Of a stretch of DNA of 64,000 nt, positions 61,666 through 64,000 are shown piece by piece. A program made the translations under genes and the position numbers. The stretch's first letter is position 1, and each line of letters opens with the position of its first letter. The stretch covers positions 62,001 to 126,000 of the forward strand of contig NIVC01001694.1 in the NCBI GenBank assembly GCA_002269645.1, in the 5' to 3' direction. The DNA is from Macrostomum lignano (taxonomy: Eukaryota). The notes under the pieces were generated by a model, which made no database searches, was not told the origin of the DNA, and was given only the letters and a program-made list of their open reading frames with translations.

Positions 61666-62484
61666 GTAGACAGGGGAGCGAGGGGAGGAAAGGCCAGAGA
61701 CAATGTGCGGTAGACAGTGGGAAGAGTACATGGTTGTCATTCCAGCCTACGAGAGCCAAGGACAGCATGTTGCATAAACGGGAAAAAATTGGTTAATCGC
61801 CAAACCGCCTCTGCCATAATCCCATGTACAAACATCCAACTCAGTCAAATTGATAACGCATTTTCCTCTCCTCTGAGCACAGTGTTTCATGTCAGAACGA
61901 GTTCTCCCATTAACGATCCGGCAATTCCTAACTAAGTGCTTGAAAGCTCAAGCGTGACCTTGGTTGAAGGGCCTGACGGTATCCTGTAAGGGAAAAGTAT
62001 AGCAAACTCAGTCCTATAGTATTGACAATCGGGTGATTCTGTACAGAGCCTCATCTCTTCTGCTAAAGCTCTCCCTTCTATTTTATTCCGCACTGTTTTC
62101 TCGCAGCTTTGACAAGTTCTTGTCAAATAAACTTGTACTTTGAGGCTGATAGTTAAATAGAGTAGAGAGCCGGGAGCTGCAGGAGTGTTTGTGTAGAAAA
62201 ATATAGCATGCACGCAGCACGTACTTGTGGGGAGGCAGCTTTGAGGTGCAGCCACGGGGATAAAATTGATTTAGTCCCTGCCTGGGGATCAAGGAAAGGG
62301 ATCGTGGAGACGGGCGACCTTTTTAAAGCGAAGGGGGAAGGGTAGGAGATTATAACCGGATATGCGAGTAGTCAGATGTAGGGGATAAACACAGTGCTGG
62401 GCTCTGCGACTGGGATGCAGCACAACTGCCGGAACTTCTGCGGTTGCCTTTCAAGGTTGAAGACAGACAGGGTTCTCTTCCTCA

Positions 62485-63215
62485 GAGTCTCTCTCTCTCT
62501 ATCTCTCTGCATCCACTCTCCTCTCCCCCAGCCTCTCTATCTCTCTGCATCCACTCTCCTCTCCCCCAGCCTCTCTATCTCTCTGCATCCACTCTCTTCT
62601 CTCCCTTAGTCTCTCGATCTCTCTGCATCCACTCTCTCCTCTCTCCCTCAGCCTCTTTCTGCATCAACTTTCTCCTCTCCCTCAGCCTCTCTCTGCATCC
62701 ACTCTCTTCTCTCCCTTAGTCTCTCGATCTCTCTGCATCCACTCTCTCCTCTCTCCCTCAGCCTCTTTCTGCATCAACTTTCTCCTCTCCCTCAGCCTCT
62801 CTCTGCATCCACTCTCTTCTCTCCCTTAGCCTCTCTCTCTCTATGCATCCACTCTCTTCTCTCCCTTAGTCTCTCGATCTCTCTGCATCCACTCTCTCCT
62901 CTCTCCCTCAGCCTCTTTCTGCATCAACTTTCTCCTCTCCCTCAGCCTCTCTCTGCATCCACTCTCTTCTCTCTCCCTCAGCCTCTTTCTGCATCCACTC
63001 TCTCCTCTTTCCCTCAGCCTCTCTCTGCATCCACTCTCTCCTCACTCCCTCAGCCTCTTTCTGCATCCACTCTCTCCTCTTTCCCTCAGCCTCTCTCTGC
63101 ATCCACTCTCTTCTCTCCCTCAGCCTCTTTCTGCATCCACTCTCTCCTCTTTCCCTCAGCCTCTCTCTGCATCCACTCTCTTCTCTCCCTCAGCCTCTTT
63201 CTGCATCCACTCTTT
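62485..63215 (+). repeat. ~33-38-bp pyrimidine-rich minisatellite (CTCTGCATCCACTCTC..CCCTCAGC)
   Basis: Direct reading. Confidence 0.95.
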
Positions 63216-63929
63216 TCTCTTTCACAAGTGGACGCAGAAAAGTCAAGCAAACGAATTTCTGCCACCATTTTCTGAAAGAAGTCCTCCCAAACCTTTATTT
63301 CTTATTTTCACGACGCGATTTCATTGGGAATGAAGCCATTTCAATCAAAGCCGATTCCCTATCTATCTTTCTATCCCCATTCCCTCACTTGATCCCATTC
63401 TCCATCCAACAAGGCATTTTCAATTTCAATCCAACCTCCCTACCGACCCCCGTCGCTTCCCTCTTTCTCGTCTATCTTCGACATTCCGGATGTGGGCGAA
63501 AGATAAAGGGGAGGGGGTGGGCAGGAGCGAGGATTTCCAGGAAATGACTTTGATTTTTCAAGCTCTCTGTTCGAATTGCTTCCAGGGAAGATCGAGAGAT
63601 TGAGAATGGGGAAAGAAGAAGAAGAGATTGAGAGGCTTCAATCGTTCAATTTATCGGCTCTGAGAAAGACGAAGAGCAAAGCAGAAGACGCGAAACAGCG
63701 CTGGCGCTAATTTGAAAATTGCAAAACTGTCTGCCCTACTGAGGGCGTCTCTGAGATTGAGAATCGGGCGCTCTTCTGCCAAAGAAATTGCTTTTTTCGC
63801 CCTGCTAGGCGCTGCACTTTGTCTGCCTTTTATAAGAAATCAGCGTGGGCAGCTACAGGTCTGTTGTCGGCTGCCAAATCCATTTGTGAGACAGGAGTTT
63901 TACAGCTTATTGACACTGAGTTCACAATA

Positions 63930-64000
63930 CTCTGTAGCTGGCGCCCCCTCTGTAGCTGGCGCCCCCTCTGTAGCTGGCGCCCCCTCTGTAGCTGGCGCCC
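63930..64000 (+). repeat. 18-bp tandem repeat (CTGTAGCTGGCGCCCCCT) running off the window end
   Basis: Four copies visible. Confidence 0.9.

Overview
Repeat-rich eukaryotic (metazoan, probably invertebrate) genomic DNA with spliceosomal introns. The species cannot be determined from sequence alone, though the style recalls flatworm genomes such as Macrostomum. Left part (1-15 kb): a 20-bp GC-rich minisatellite interrupted by an older APE-RT-RNaseH non-LTR retrotransposon (R1/LOA-like). A second, near-intact full-length copy of the same family is inserted into the first in reverse orientation, flanked by an apparently identical 290-bp direct duplication. A truncated Gypsy/Mag-type gag with PBS and probable LTR follows. 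15.6-26.1 kb: a tandem cluster of clan-2-like cytochrome P450s (two intact 2-exon genes, one fragment, one pseudogene) with patchwork identity. 27-41 kb: several minisatellites, the last exon of a single-pass membrane protein, and a 9.2-kb 16-bp satellite with nested higher-order repeats. 42-46.6 kb: a two-exon myosin regulatory light chain. 47-50 kb: a mariner deletion derivative and a non-autonomous TIR element with an 8-bp TSD. 52-64 kb: more satellites and an intronless atypical Arf-like GTPase. The most striking observations are the 290-bp target duplication and the recurrence of the same 20-bp minisatellite exactly at deletion or truncation junctions. No rRNA, tRNA or CRISPR array was found. 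All alignments were done by eye, and copy numbers are approximate.
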